Positions 39,209 to 48,390 are shown, counted from the stretch's first letter. The stretch: 64,000 bases of DNA from a virus (IMGVR_UViG_3300028797_000108:32001-96000); one strand, 5' to 3'. Notes: generated from the sequence alone by a model not told the origin. Numbers and translations: made by a program.

Positions 39209-40595
39209 GGAAGGACAAACAATAGTTGGCGGTGGCAATACTGGAGGTTCATATGTTGACCTTCAGGTTTGGATTGGCGACCCTAAAGATGCTACGAAAG
39301 GCATTACTATTGAGAATGAAGCCATTGACTCAATAGACATTACAGAGAACTTGTTTACAACCCTGCCAACCATTAACATGGTCCTGACAGACTCAGGCCG
39401 TTTCTTCTTCCGTTATAATGTTCGCATCGGCGATACATTGAATGTGCGTATGGCTCCGGCTGCTACATTGAAGGAAGAGGAAGACCAAGTCGCAGCTCCG
39501 TATGTCTCTGCATCATTCACAGTTCAGTCAGTGACTGATGTGCCTGACCACCGCAATAACCTTTACATTCACAGAATTACAGGCGTGTATGCTGCTGTAG
39601 GGTTCATCAATAAGATTATCCAGTACCCGCAGGATACGAACATTCTAAACCCTGTCCCACTCAAGAAAGCATCGTGGGAAGCAATGAAAGATGTATGTGC
39701 TCAAGCAGGCATTGGCTTTGTCAATGATGTTGCTACTGCTGACTATTCATTCTGGCTTAATGCCAATGAAACGGCTGCTGACTTCTGCGAACGAATTCTG
39801 CAGCATGTATGGATAACTGATGATGACGCTCCAGTGTTCTATACAGATGTTAAAGGCACTGCGCATTTGTCTTCAGTCAAGACTATCGTAGACAACAAGA
39901 CATTGATACAGTTTGCAGATATGCAAGCAACTGTGAATGGTGAAGACGCTGACACTGTGCCGACGATTACGATTGCCGATGTATTCTGTTTGAATGCCGG
40001 CGGTCCTATCTCGAACATGGGCGGCTATAAGGTTCAAACAAGTTTCTATACTCCGAAGAATAACCGTTCTTCGCAGACAATGTTTGAGTTCCCGCAACAC
40101 GGACAAGGAATGCTTGGTGCTGCTCTCGGCGCTGTTGCATCTGTATTCGGCGCAGGCACAAAGGATAGAACTGAAGCATATCGTGAAAAGGAATATCAGC
40201 GTAAAGATCCTTACCTTGGCGGTATCTCGAACAAGCAACAGTCTGAAATTGACAATGTGACAATTCATAAAGATGGCGGCATGCACTTTGATGAGTTGCA
40301 TGATCATTATGAAGTCGCGCCATCTCACAATGAAATGATTCGTCGCTCATTCTTCCAGAACTTTGTTCGCATTATGGTTGATACTTCAAAGCAAGGCAAC
40401 CTTTATGAAAAGGAGTCACATCGTCCTGTGCTTGGCACATCAGTCAAATGTGACTTCTCAAGCAGCGAAAGAATTGATTCTATTCACTCCGGTGAGTATG
40501 CCATCGCAGAGATTACTCACAAGTACTCAAGGGGTGAACCGTATACACAAGCCATTACATTGGTTAATGATGGCTATTTTGATGTAGGTGAATAA
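39201..40595 (+). CDS. baseplate hub protein, gp27-like
   Basis: SIDITENLFTTLP near the N-terminus, SGEYAIAEITHKY at the C-terminus; directly upstream of the gp5-like spike. Confidence 0.65.
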   Translation: MAKEGQTIVGGGNTGGSYVDLQVWIGDPKDATKGITIENEAIDSIDITENLFTTLPTINMVLTDSGRFFFRYNVRIGDTLNVRMAPAATLKEEEDQVAAPYVSASFTVQSVTDVPDHRNNLYIHRITGVYAAVGFINKIIQYPQDTNILNPVPLKKASWEAMKDVCAQAGIGFVNDVATADYSFWLNANETAADFCERILQHVWITDDDAPVFYTDVKGTAHLSSVKTIVDNKTLIQFADMQATVNGEDADTVPTITIADVFCLNAGGPISNMGGYKVQTSFYTPKNNRSSQTMFEFPQHGQGMLGAALGAVASVFGAGTKDRTEAYREKEYQRKDPYLGGISNKQQSEIDNVTIHKDGGMHFDELHDHYEVAPSHNEMIRRSFFQNFVRIMVDTSKQGNLYEKESHRPVLGTSVKCDFSSSERIDSIHSGEYAIAEITHKYSRGEPYTQAITLVNDGYFDVGE

Positions 40596-41344
40596 TGGTT
40601 AGTGATATTGAACAGTACCGTAAGATTCTTGAAGGTGACAGCAAGGCTGTTGTCAAGGACATGATACAGACGCCGAAGACTGTTCCGCAAAATGAGCGTT
40701 GGACAGGTAAGGTGGTTGACACGGCTGACCCAGACCGTTTAGGCCGAGTTCGTATTAAGATCATCGGTTATTATGACAACATTGAAGATAAGCAGCTACC
40801 TTGGGCTATCCCTGACATTGCATGGCTTGGCGGCAAATGCGGGTCACAGATCATTCCTGAAGTTGACTCGATGGTTCGTGGCTACTTTGACCAAGGCGAT
40901 GTGCAGCGTCCCGTATATGACTCGCTAGCATTCAACCAATACAACAGCGAAAGCGATTATACCTCAAGACAGAACCGTGCTGACTATCCGCACATGATGG
41001 TGCTGATGGAGACTGACCAAGGCGACTTCTTGACGCTGAACCGTAAGGATGGCAACTTGTGCTTTACACACCGCACCGGCGCCACAACCGTTATTGACAA
41101 GAACGGCAACATCTCAATCAAGACAGGCACTAACATGAAGTCATGGCTTGATGTGACTGTAAACGGTGACTGCAACATCAATGTTAGCGGTAATGCAAAT
41201 GTTTACGCAACGCAGAATGTGACTGTTGATGCAGGCATGTTCGTTGACCTTGGCAACAATCCAGCAAAGCAATTCGTAAACAACTTGACGAATTGCCCAA
41301 TCTGCGGGATTTTACATAGCACTCAGCAAAAAGTTAGAGCCTAA
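40595..41344 (+). CDS. gp5: baseplate central spike, gp5-like OB-fold (no lysozyme domain)
   Basis: WTGKVVDTADPDRLGRVRIKIIGYY, LPWA and VRGYFDQGD..RP followed by a short beta-helix. Confidence 0.85.
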   Translation: MVSDIEQYRKILEGDSKAVVKDMIQTPKTVPQNERWTGKVVDTADPDRLGRVRIKIIGYYDNIEDKQLPWAIPDIAWLGGKCGSQIIPEVDSMVRGYFDQGDVQRPVYDSLAFNQYNSESDYTSRQNRADYPHMMVLMETDQGDFLTLNRKDGNLCFTHRTGATTVIDKNGNISIKTGTNMKSWLDVTVNGDCNINVSGNANVYATQNVTVDAGMFVDLGNNPAKQFVNNLTNCPICGILHSTQQKVRA

Positions 41345-41400
41345 TAATATCATAAGGACAGGCAAAATATAAAAACAGTATTAGGATAAATATAATTGGT

Positions 41401-42006
41401 ATGCCTCTAGTCAAAGCAAACAATTATTTCAACACGAAGTCAATAAAGCTCAGCGATAGCTTTATCGTTCGCTTGGACGGTAAAGAATGTTTTCGCTGTG
41501 CGTCTTTCACTGTTCCTAAAGTTGCTGAATGGACTGAAGAAGAATACAGCTATGGCAATGTTTCGCAGAAGTTCTTGATACCGAAGATTGATATTCAGCA
41601 GGAACTACAGCTTGAACTTTATGAAGGCTATGTTGCAGATGGTAAAGAGCGTGAAGCACACTTGATGACAAAGGAAGCACTGTTTAACCAAAATCCCGAT
41701 GGACAATCATTGGGCAAAGGGTTTACATCTAATCAGAATTTCTCAACAGACGGCTACACGGCGCTTAACGGCACATACAATGTTGATAAGCACGACTACA
41801 CTAACATTGACATTTTCATTCTTGATAACCGTCTTGCTAAGGTTGTGTATGAATACCACTTCCATAACCTGAAGTTGACAAAGGCTGAACCTTATGAACT
41901 TAGCTATCAGGACGAAGCACTGACGAAGTGGAGTTTGGGATTTGTGTTTGAGTCAATGGAAAAGGGCGTGCCCGAAAGCGGACCTTATTCAGTAAACAAG
42001 TTATAA
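41401..42006 (+). CDS. tail tube-fold protein (gp19/gp54-like)
   Basis: CASFTVP, YSYGN, YEYHFHN and PYELSYQ...WSLGFVF pattern. Confidence 0.55.
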   Translation: MPLVKANNYFNTKSIKLSDSFIVRLDGKECFRCASFTVPKVAEWTEEEYSYGNVSQKFLIPKIDIQQELQLELYEGYVADGKEREAHLMTKEALFNQNPDGQSLGKGFTSNQNFSTDGYTALNGTYNVDKHDYTNIDIFILDNRLAKVVYEYHFHNLKLTKAEPYELSYQDEALTKWSLGFVFESMEKGVPESGPYSVNKL

Positions 42007-42007
42007 A

Positions 42008-42190
42008 ATGGCATTAGCAGTTAAACAATTCTTTGACTTCAGACCTCACCTACCTTTCAGGTTTGAGGTTGAGATATTCGGTGCGGGAGACGCCCTTACC
42101 GAAACGCTGAAGTATTCTGTGCAGTCAGTTAAGATCTCAGGCACTGAATGCGATACATCAAAGGCTGCTTTGTATTTGGGTAATGGCTAA
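42008..42190 (+). CDS. N-terminal piece of a tube-fold baseplate protein (frame-split)
   Basis: RPHLPFRFEVEI...SVQSVKISG is the start of a gp19/gp54 fold; stops at GGC TAA and the fold continues in the +1 frame. Confidence 0.55.
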   Translation: MALAVKQFFDFRPHLPFRFEVEIFGAGDALTETLKYSVQSVKISGTECDTSKAALYLGNG

Positions 42191-43415
42191 GACCATTCCT
42201 ATCTTTAACATTGCTTCCCGCACATTGACGATTACATTTGAAGAAACTGATGGCTTAAGAGTTATCAGCTGGTTAGATACGATTATCGCATTACAGCGTA
42301 ATGCTTTGCCTTATGTGGTCGGCATCCGTGTTAAAGAATTCAATACACGCTTCAATAAAATCGTATCTGACAAGTATTACAAGTGCGTCCTTTCAACATA
42401 CGATGAACCCGCCTTCTCAAGAACAGGAGGTCCGGGTATTGTTGCTGTGTCGGCAACATTCAATATCATGTCAGAACAGCCTTGGTCTCAAAACCTCGCA
42501 GATGCACACGATGTTGGTAGAGGTAAAGCTATTGAAGATGACGCTGGCTTGACAACCGCTCTTGCTGCTGCAACTGATAATACACAGCCAGTCAAGCCTC
42601 TTGTTGAAAATCTTACACAATGGACAAATGAATTTAAGGATGCTTACGAAGCTGGTAAGAAAGATGAACAAGCCAGCTCAACAACTGAACATGGCAACAC
42701 CGTGCCTACAGGCGTCAAAGTCGCAGGTAAGGGCGCTGCAGGTGTATCAGATGTCAAAGGCATTCAGGCAGCTGGTGCTGCTGAAGTTTACGGCACAAAT
42801 GGTATGGGCAGAAAGGAAGGCTCAAAGAACGCCGTTTACTTCAACAAGATGGACGAAGGCAAACAGGCAGGCAAGTTGAATTTTGGCGCCGGTAATACTC
42901 AAGTATTCCTTGAAGGTACTGACCTCAAGAATACACAGCTGACAATCATCAATGCTAAGACTGGTGAAAAGCTCACGGGTACTATGGACCAGCTGACTAA
43001 ACAGCTCTCAAGCCGCAGCGATGCAAACAGTTCACAATCTCAATGGAAGATGGACGATGTTTCAGCTCAGAAGGTTGAAGATATCGCTCTAGGCAAAGTT
43101 GCTCGAAATGTTCAGAGGAATGTTGACGCTGATATCTTGAAGGCTATGGACACTGATACTCTCGGTGGTTTGTTCCATCAGGAATATGGCTCTGGTGGCA
43201 GCACAGCAGCAACTGGTAGATATCTGCGTGAGAATAAAGCAGCGGCTCTGGAAGATCTTAGAAAGAACAATGGTAAGTTCTCCGAAGAGTTCGCTAACAA
43301 GATGGCGGCTAGCCTTGGTGCTAACATGCGAAAAGAAACAAAGAACTCGTATGTTGACCGAACCAAATACTTCACTGGAAGAACTGGCTACGCGGTTTCA
43401 CACAAGCACGCCTAA
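42183..43415 (+). CDS. C-terminal piece: rest of the tube fold plus possible lysozyme-like domain
   Basis: RTLTITFEETD...W...PAFS...VSATF (tube fold); later KEGSKNAVY...D...GKLNFGAG resembles the muramidase EG..Y.D..G..T.G.G motif. Confidence 0.5.
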   Translation: MAKTIPIFNIASRTLTITFEETDGLRVISWLDTIIALQRNALPYVVGIRVKEFNTRFNKIVSDKYYKCVLSTYDEPAFSRTGGPGIVAVSATFNIMSEQPWSQNLADAHDVGRGKAIEDDAGLTTALAAATDNTQPVKPLVENLTQWTNEFKDAYEAGKKDEQASSTTEHGNTVPTGVKVAGKGAAGVSDVKGIQAAGAAEVYGTNGMGRKEGSKNAVYFNKMDEGKQAGKLNFGAGNTQVFLEGTDLKNTQLTIINAKTGEKLTGTMDQLTKQLSSRSDANSSQSQWKMDDVSAQKVEDIALGKVARNVQRNVDADILKAMDTDTLGGLFHQEYGSGGSTAATGRYLRENKAAALEDLRKNNGKFSEEFANKMAASLGANMRKETKNSYVDRTKYFTGRTGYAVSHKHA

Positions 43416-43422
43416 AGACTAT

Positions 43423-43454
43423 AAAAGCGGCGTTTTTCAACGCCGCTATGTTTT
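43423..43454. terminator. bidirectional terminator between convergent genes
   Basis: AAAAGCGGCGTT-TTTC-AACGCCGCT followed by ATGTTTT. Confidence 0.75.
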
Positions 43455-43965
43455 ACTTAACTTGAGGTTTTGTAATGATGCCCACAATCTTCGGCGGGAC
43501 GCCGTCAGGAATATCTTCTAAGTCGCAAGCACAGATCTTAACCTTGACCTTTTGCTTGAGGAAGTCGTAGTTCTTTTCATCCTTGTGCATGATCTTATCA
43601 TTGAGCTCGGCGTATTCCCTATCCAGCTTTTCTGTTTCATTCTGGAACTCAACATTCATGTCAGTAATGACCGGCTGTTTGTTCTCATCAAAAACAGGAT
43701 TGCCTTGTTCATCACGGTCAACATACTTCATAATGATGGATTTCATCTTCTGGCAGTATTCGTGATACTTAGGGTCGTTCTGTTCATCGTAGGTGCCTTG
43801 TGCGATTTGGGCATAAGGTGTGCCCAATAGTAGAACATTGTTGTAAATTACCAGGCCCCACTTAGCAGGAAGGTTTGTTGCTTCCAAGTTCTTGTGGCTG
43901 TATTCAAACAATGCTTTAATTTCAAACAAAGCAACTTCTATATCTTTTTCGTAGATGTTTGCCAT
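43453..43965 (-). CDS. hypothetical protein
   Basis: 170-aa ORF with GGAGAGGA SD. Confidence 0.75.
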   Translation of the reverse strand: MANIYEKDIEVALFEIKALFEYSHKNLEATNLPAKWGLVIYNNVLLLGTPYAQIAQGTYDEQNDPKYHEYCQKMKSIIMKYVDRDEQGNPVFDENKQPVITDMNVEFQNETEKLDREYAELNDKIMHKDEKNYDFLKQKVKVKICACDLEDIPDGVPPKIVGIITKPQVK

Positions 43966-43973
43966 ATCCTCTC

Positions 43974-44576
43974 CTATTCTAGGAATCTTGCAAGTCCAGA
44001 GACACCGTCGGTCGGATCATCAATGGTGTTGATGTTGTCAAAGTAGTCAAGGCCACTGACCATTCTCTTTTCTCTGTCCTTAATTTGGTTGACGCTTAAA
44101 ATGATACTGTTCGAGACGATCTGGGTGATAAATGCAAATGCAGAGGAACCGCGAGCAGGATCATATCTGTTTATGTAGCTAAATGCACAAATAAGTGCGT
44201 CTTGAATGATGTCATTTATGTCATCAGGATTCCGCAACGAGGTTCTTAACTTATATGAATTTATACGACCATTGATGATTAGCAGAAAGTCTTCACAGAG
44301 TTCATTCTTTATCTTTTCAAACTCAGCGTCAAACGCTTTCTTCTCTTCGGGCGTAAATGCTTCATACTTAGCTTGAAGCGCCTCAATGCTTTTGACTTTG
44401 TTGATGATAAAATCTTTACCTAGTTCAAACTTCTGTCCGTCAATCTTTTCATTGTTCTTCTTGTGTTCAAGTCGTGCGAGATAGGCAGCACACCAATCTC
44501 CCTTGTCGTTGATGTTCATACTATTGTAAAGATTCACCACCTCGCGTAAGCGTTTATTATTAACGTATTCGGGCAT
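43974..44576 (-). CDS. gp55: late-transcription sigma factor
   Basis: EYVNNKRL, DDINDIIQDALI..FSYINRYDP and AFAFITQI are gp55 motifs; AAGGAGA SD before ATG 44576. Confidence 0.85.
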   Translation of the reverse strand: MPEYVNNKRLREVVNLYNSMNINDKGDWCAAYLARLEHKKNNEKIDGQKFELGKDFIINKVKSIEALQAKYEAFTPEEKKAFDAEFEKIKNELCEDFLLIINGRINSYKLRTSLRNPDDINDIIQDALICAFSYINRYDPARGSSAFAFITQIVSNSIILSVNQIKDREKRMVSGLDYFDNINTIDDPTDGVSGLARFLE

Positions 44577-44628
44577 AGAATCTCCTTTATCTATTTTGTA
44601 GCATGTTATATGCTGGTATAAAAATAAC

Positions 44629-44657
44629 AAAAAAATGGGATCTTTGAAGACCCCATG
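44629..44657 (-). terminator. intrinsic terminator (- strand)
   Basis: On +: A-run followed by TGGGATCTT-TG-AAGACCCCA hairpin. Confidence 0.6.
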
Positions 44658-44677
44658 AAAATTTTCCGAGGCTGTGC

Positions 44678-45577
44678 TTAATGGGTTCTGAAGTTACGGC
44701 TATGTGCCTGAGCCTGTGCTGCTTGAGCCTTTGCCTTGGCAGCAGATTCTTGTTTTGCCATTTCCTCGTTTTCTTCCTTAATCATTACATTTGTCAATTC
44801 GGCTATCATCTCAAATTCAGGCCACGGAGTGTCATCGCTGATTTGATATGTAAGGTACTTGGTGATCTTCATTGACAAGGATATGATATCTCGCATGTTT
44901 ATCTGTCCGAACAATGCGCTTTCTGATATCATACACTGCATAGGGTTGATACCGTGACAGTGCGGACACTCAAGATCAAAGTGCATGTCAAAGCCAGCGT
45001 CATACTGCTTGCATGTATTCAAAAGGAATGTGAAGTCCATCACCTTCAAGTTCATAATGTACCTGACGGGGTCAGGCTTGCGTATCATTCTAGCCATCAA
45101 CTGCACATCAGGGTCTTCATCAACAATCTTCAAGTCAGCGACTGTTGACAGTTTAAGGCTAACCCATTCTCCAGATCTTGGAAGTTTGATGTTCCCAGGT
45201 GCTGACTGCAACTGTTTCAATGGAATGTCATCTAGCTTGATGGTAAAGTCAAACGGACGGCGACAATAATTGCATTTGCCGACGCTGACGCGGTATCCGT
45301 TTTCCTTCATGAACGAGTTTGCTCGCAACCAGAAGATCAAGTATGTGCGGTCACACAAAGCCAAGTCTTCCACTTGAATGTTCATGTAGAAGCATCGGTC
45401 AATGATTTCGTTAATGATTGTCTGCGCTGTGGCATCTGTCAATAGAGCAAGGAACTTAATGTCTCGAATGTTCAAGAACCTGCCCTTGATGAATGTACCT
45501 TCAGGATAGACCAACCCTCTTGATGGAAGATCTTCCATTTCAATAGGTAGATAATTATACTGTTGCTGCTGCTGCAA
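44678..45577 (-). CDS. second gp26-like hub assembly protein with gp51-like C-terminus
   Basis: DLPSRGLVY, DRTYLIFWLRANSF, CNYC and CPHC; tail DTPWPEFEMIAELTNVMIKEEN resembles gp51 MMPWERE...EEE; TTG start with GGAGG SD. Confidence 0.65.
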   Translation of the reverse strand: MQQQQQYNYLPIEMEDLPSRGLVYPEGTFIKGRFLNIRDIKFLALLTDATAQTIINEIIDRCFYMNIQVEDLALCDRTYLIFWLRANSFMKENGYRVSVGKCNYCRRPFDFTIKLDDIPLKQLQSAPGNIKLPRSGEWVSLKLSTVADLKIVDEDPDVQLMARMIRKPDPVRYIMNLKVMDFTFLLNTCKQYDAGFDMHFDLECPHCHGINPMQCMISESALFGQINMRDIISLSMKITKYLTYQISDDTPWPEFEMIAELTNVMIKEENEEMAKQESAAKAKAQAAQAQAHSRNFRTH

Positions 45578-46238
45578 AATGTGCCTCCAATGTTCCTGTA
45601 AAAATACCATTAACGACAATGCCGTTCGTAGACAAGCATGTGCCAGCAATGAAAGCAGGACAAGGCGGCGTTGATGTGACAGCCATCTGCAGATATCTTG
45701 ATTCTAGCTCACAGAACTTATATGCGTCAAGCGCTGTGCCTAACGCCTTTACCGCAGCCATGAACTGAGCGCCATACATTGCGTAATGCGCCGAGCTCAT
45801 CATAACAACGCCCATACTGTTGCATACATAAGGAACAACAGGAGCAGACTGCAGCTCAGCAACGCTTCGGGTCGTTGATGATACGCGGTTAAAGTTCAAT
45901 GACATCTTGCTGCCGAACAGGTTAAACAGGTTGATGAACGACATTTCTGGAACACCACACCACAAGGCAGCCTTCACCTCACTTTCAGTCAAACGAATAT
46001 GATTTGGAACGAAGTATCCAAAATTGTTAGCCACAGGAGTCGTAATCGGCGGGGAGAATGGAAGGACAGTCACTCCAGTCACTGGTAAGTGCCTTTTACC
46101 AAACTCATCTTCAAGTTCCTTCATATACTTGTTCAGCGCTTTTGTGGTATTCCTGATATAGAATTCCATATCGGGATTGTCACCTTCCAATCGCAACTGC
46201 GGATTTATCAACGGTCTCATGTGGGTTTCAAAACTCAT
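45555..46238 (-). CDS. hypothetical protein
   Basis: 227-aa ORF starting 4 nt after a late promoter. Confidence 0.7.
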   Translation of the reverse strand: MSFETHMRPLINPQLRLEGDNPDMEFYIRNTTKALNKYMKELEDEFGKRHLPVTGVTVLPFSPPITTPVANNFGYFVPNHIRLTESEVKAALWCGVPEMSFINLFNLFGSKMSLNFNRVSSTTRSVAELQSAPVVPYVCNSMGVVMMSSAHYAMYGAQFMAAVKALGTALDAYKFCELESRYLQMAVTSTPPCPAFIAGTCLSTNGIVVNGIFTGTLEAHFAAAATV

Positions 46239-46242
46239 GTTA

Positions 46243-46250
46243 TATTTATA
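46243..46250 (-). promoter_or_regulatory. late promoter TATAAATA (-)
   Basis: TATTTATA on +. Confidence 0.75.
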
Positions 46251-46305
46251 ACCCGCAAACCACCCTACAAATGTACATTATAATTCCATTGGTAATTCAA
46301 CAGAC

Positions 46306-46334
46306 AAAAAAGAGGACACCCGTAGATGTCCTCT
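46306..46334 (-). terminator. intrinsic terminator (- strand)
   Basis: On +: AAAAA AGAGGACA-CCCGTAGA-TGTCCTCT. Confidence 0.8.
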
Positions 46335-46357
46335 ATCATCATAATTGCTGTATTTAA

Positions 46358-46693
46358 TTACTGGTCCTGATACCATTCTTCAAAGTAATCATCAATGAGT
46401 TCTTCCCATTCATAGAACATATCAACAGTATCGGGATTGTCCTTTTCTGGGTCAAACTTTCTATTTTTAGTTACATCATACAAGTAATCAAGAATGCTAA
46501 GGCACGGGCGTTCCTTCATCTTGTCTTGCATAGATTCTTTTACCCATTTCTGCAACAGAGCAGTAGTCACTTTATACTTAGTTAGACCATACTTTGCGAT
46601 AAAGCCTCTAAGTTTCTGCATCAGTCCATTTGTTCCTGCCTCACAGATAAACCCTGCTTGCTGCAACTTTGTCAATGCTTCATTTAATTCCAT
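46358..46693 (-). CDS. hypothetical protein, possible internal head protein
   Basis: MELNEALTKLQQAGFICE N-terminus shared with the 13477 ORF; AAGGAG SD; late promoter at 46728-46735 (-). Confidence 0.7.
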   Translation of the reverse strand: MELNEALTKLQQAGFICEAGTNGLMQKLRGFIAKYGLTKYKVTTALLQKWVKESMQDKMKERPCLSILDYLYDVTKNRKFDPEKDNPDTVDMFYEWEELIDDYFEEWYQDQ

Positions 46694-46738
46694 TTTGAAA
46701 ATCTCCTTTGAAAAATTCCTTCTATTCTATTTATACTT

Positions 46739-47881
46739 TTAGTTCAATCCTTTCCAGAATGAATTGGCGTCAATGCCAGCACCGAACATCGAGTCGCCTG
46801 GCAAGCTCATATACATCGGCGGCGGCAAAGCGTCATCACCAGTTGCCTTCACTTCAGCCACACAAACTCCGTCAAGGTCTATCTCCGGCTGCTGTAAGCA
46901 GTAGGCTGCCCAATACAACCCACTCACCAAGTCATCGTGATTATCACCAGTCGCACGATACACACCAGTGCTCACTTCTTCAAACCTTGAAAGCTCCTTC
47001 ACAGTTTCCGAATCTACGACTTCAAGCTCCCCTCTTTCAATCATCGTCTTCAGTATCTTACAAGCATCAATCTTCGTTGAGCGGTCCGCACGAGTACCAA
47101 GGTTCCCTCTTTTGTCCGTCGAGATCATTCCGTTGTCGCCAATCTCGTAATATAGAACATCCGCTACTGTTCTGCCAATATCATTATTTTCAATAATGTA
47201 CATAGCAGAGTTATACATCTCACTAATGTCATGAACGACTTCAGCAAAGTCCTCTGGGCGAATCGTATTTCTGTGATACACCGCAACCTGTTTATACTTT
47301 CCTTTCGCTACCACTCGCAGCACCTGCACCACTGAATAGTCAGCAGCAACACCCATCGCTGAATCCACGCCCATAACATACAATGCTTTCGGATCCGGCT
47401 TTTCATATATCAAGAAGTCATACCCCAGCTTATATTCAACCGGGTCACAGATTTTCATCTTATCCAAACCTTCTTCCGAAATCAAAGTCGATGTAGAACC
47501 ACCAAACGCACAGTTATGGTTTATTACTCCATTTACTTCCAAGTACCTTATTCCATCAACATTTAATGGGGTATATACGTCATTTAATCCTATTTGCTTA
47601 ATTTCAACAACAGTTCCGTCAAATAACTTCCCATCAACTGATATTGCTAATCTATCCCCTTTTTCTATCTTATCTAGTCTAATCCATTTACAACTATCAA
47701 TAGTCAAATCCCATTCTTTTCCACGGGGGATAATTAACACCTGATGATCATTACTGCCTTTAATACAATTTAATGTACCGTCAGGTTCTCCATTTACTTT
47801 ATATCTAATCTCGAGGCATTTTGCTTTTTTTCGCACAATACCGTCAAAATCCTTAAACCCATCATCTGTAAGTATCTGCAT
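46739..47881 (-). CDS. gp17: terminase large subunit C-terminal half (nuclease domain) fused to a split-intein C-fragment
   Basis: After ...NGVINHN|C: AFGGSTSTLIS, YVMGVDSAMGVAADYS, IIENNDIG and HDDLV are gp17 nuclease motifs; own AAGGAG SD. Confidence 0.92.
   Translation of the reverse strand: MQILTDDGFKDFDGIVRKKAKCLEIRYKVNGEPDGTLNCIKGSNDHQVLIIPRGKEWDLTIDSCKWIRLDKIEKGDRLAISVDGKLFDGTVVEIKQIGLNDVYTPLNVDGIRYLEVNGVINHNCAFGGSTSTLISEEGLDKMKICDPVEYKLGYDFLIYEKPDPKALYVMGVDSAMGVAADYSVVQVLRVVAKGKYKQVAVYHRNTIRPEDFAEVVHDISEMYNSAMYIIENNDIGRTVADVLYYEIGDNGMISTDKRGNLGTRADRSTKIDACKILKTMIERGELEVVDSETVKELSRFEEVSTGVYRATGDNHDDLVSGLYWAAYCLQQPEIDLDGVCVAEVKATGDDALPPPMYMSLPGDSMFGAGIDANSFWKGLN
47513..47881 (-). mobile_element. 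atypical split intein C-fragment (123 aa, AceL-TerL-like)
   Basis: Starts MQILTDDGFKDFDGI without block A Cys1; block B S.DH; block F VYTPLNV; block G NGVINHN followed by +1 Cys. Confidence 0.85.
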
Positions 47882-48013
47882 TATAATTACTCCTTATATC
47901 ACTTCACTACCCCTATTTAATAATCTGTTATCTAACTGTTGATAAGTTGTATACTCGGGGTTATCTAAAAGTGCATCTATTTCTTTATTTATTCCTATTA
48001 TCTCCTTGGGTTA

Positions 48014-48060
48014 TTTTTGTTGCTATCTTTGGGGTAGGGGTGGCTTTTTGTTGCTATCTT
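48014..48060 (+). repeat. 16-bp direct repeat TTTTTGTTGCTATCTT x2
   Basis: Copies at 48014-48029 and 48045-48060, with a partial third copy near 48070. Confidence 0.85.
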
Positions 48061-48331
48061 AAGATGTTGGGATATCTTTGGGTTGCTGTTGAACCCCTGG
48101 GTTAACTTTGGGAATCTTAGAACTTTTATTAAATCCGTGTATGACATTCGGAAGCGCCACCGCGGCACCCGCAGAAAAAACCTCAGGTTCTACCCTTGAC
48201 AGTGACAAAATTTGGTCAAGCGCATCATTTCCCCTATGGTTTTTTCATATTTTACACAAAATGCCCAAATTTCATCAATTCCGCAGATCTGTAAATTTTT
48301 AAGAAAAATCGTCATTATTTCCCCTATACCA

Positions 48332-48360
48332 TTTACAGTTATTCCGAAAATTGTTATATT
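48332..48360 (+). promoter_or_regulatory. early sigma70-type promoter
   Basis: TTTACA-N17-TATATT. Confidence 0.65.
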
Positions 48361-48390
48361 TTGATTGTTGAAATAATAGAGGTACTCAAT

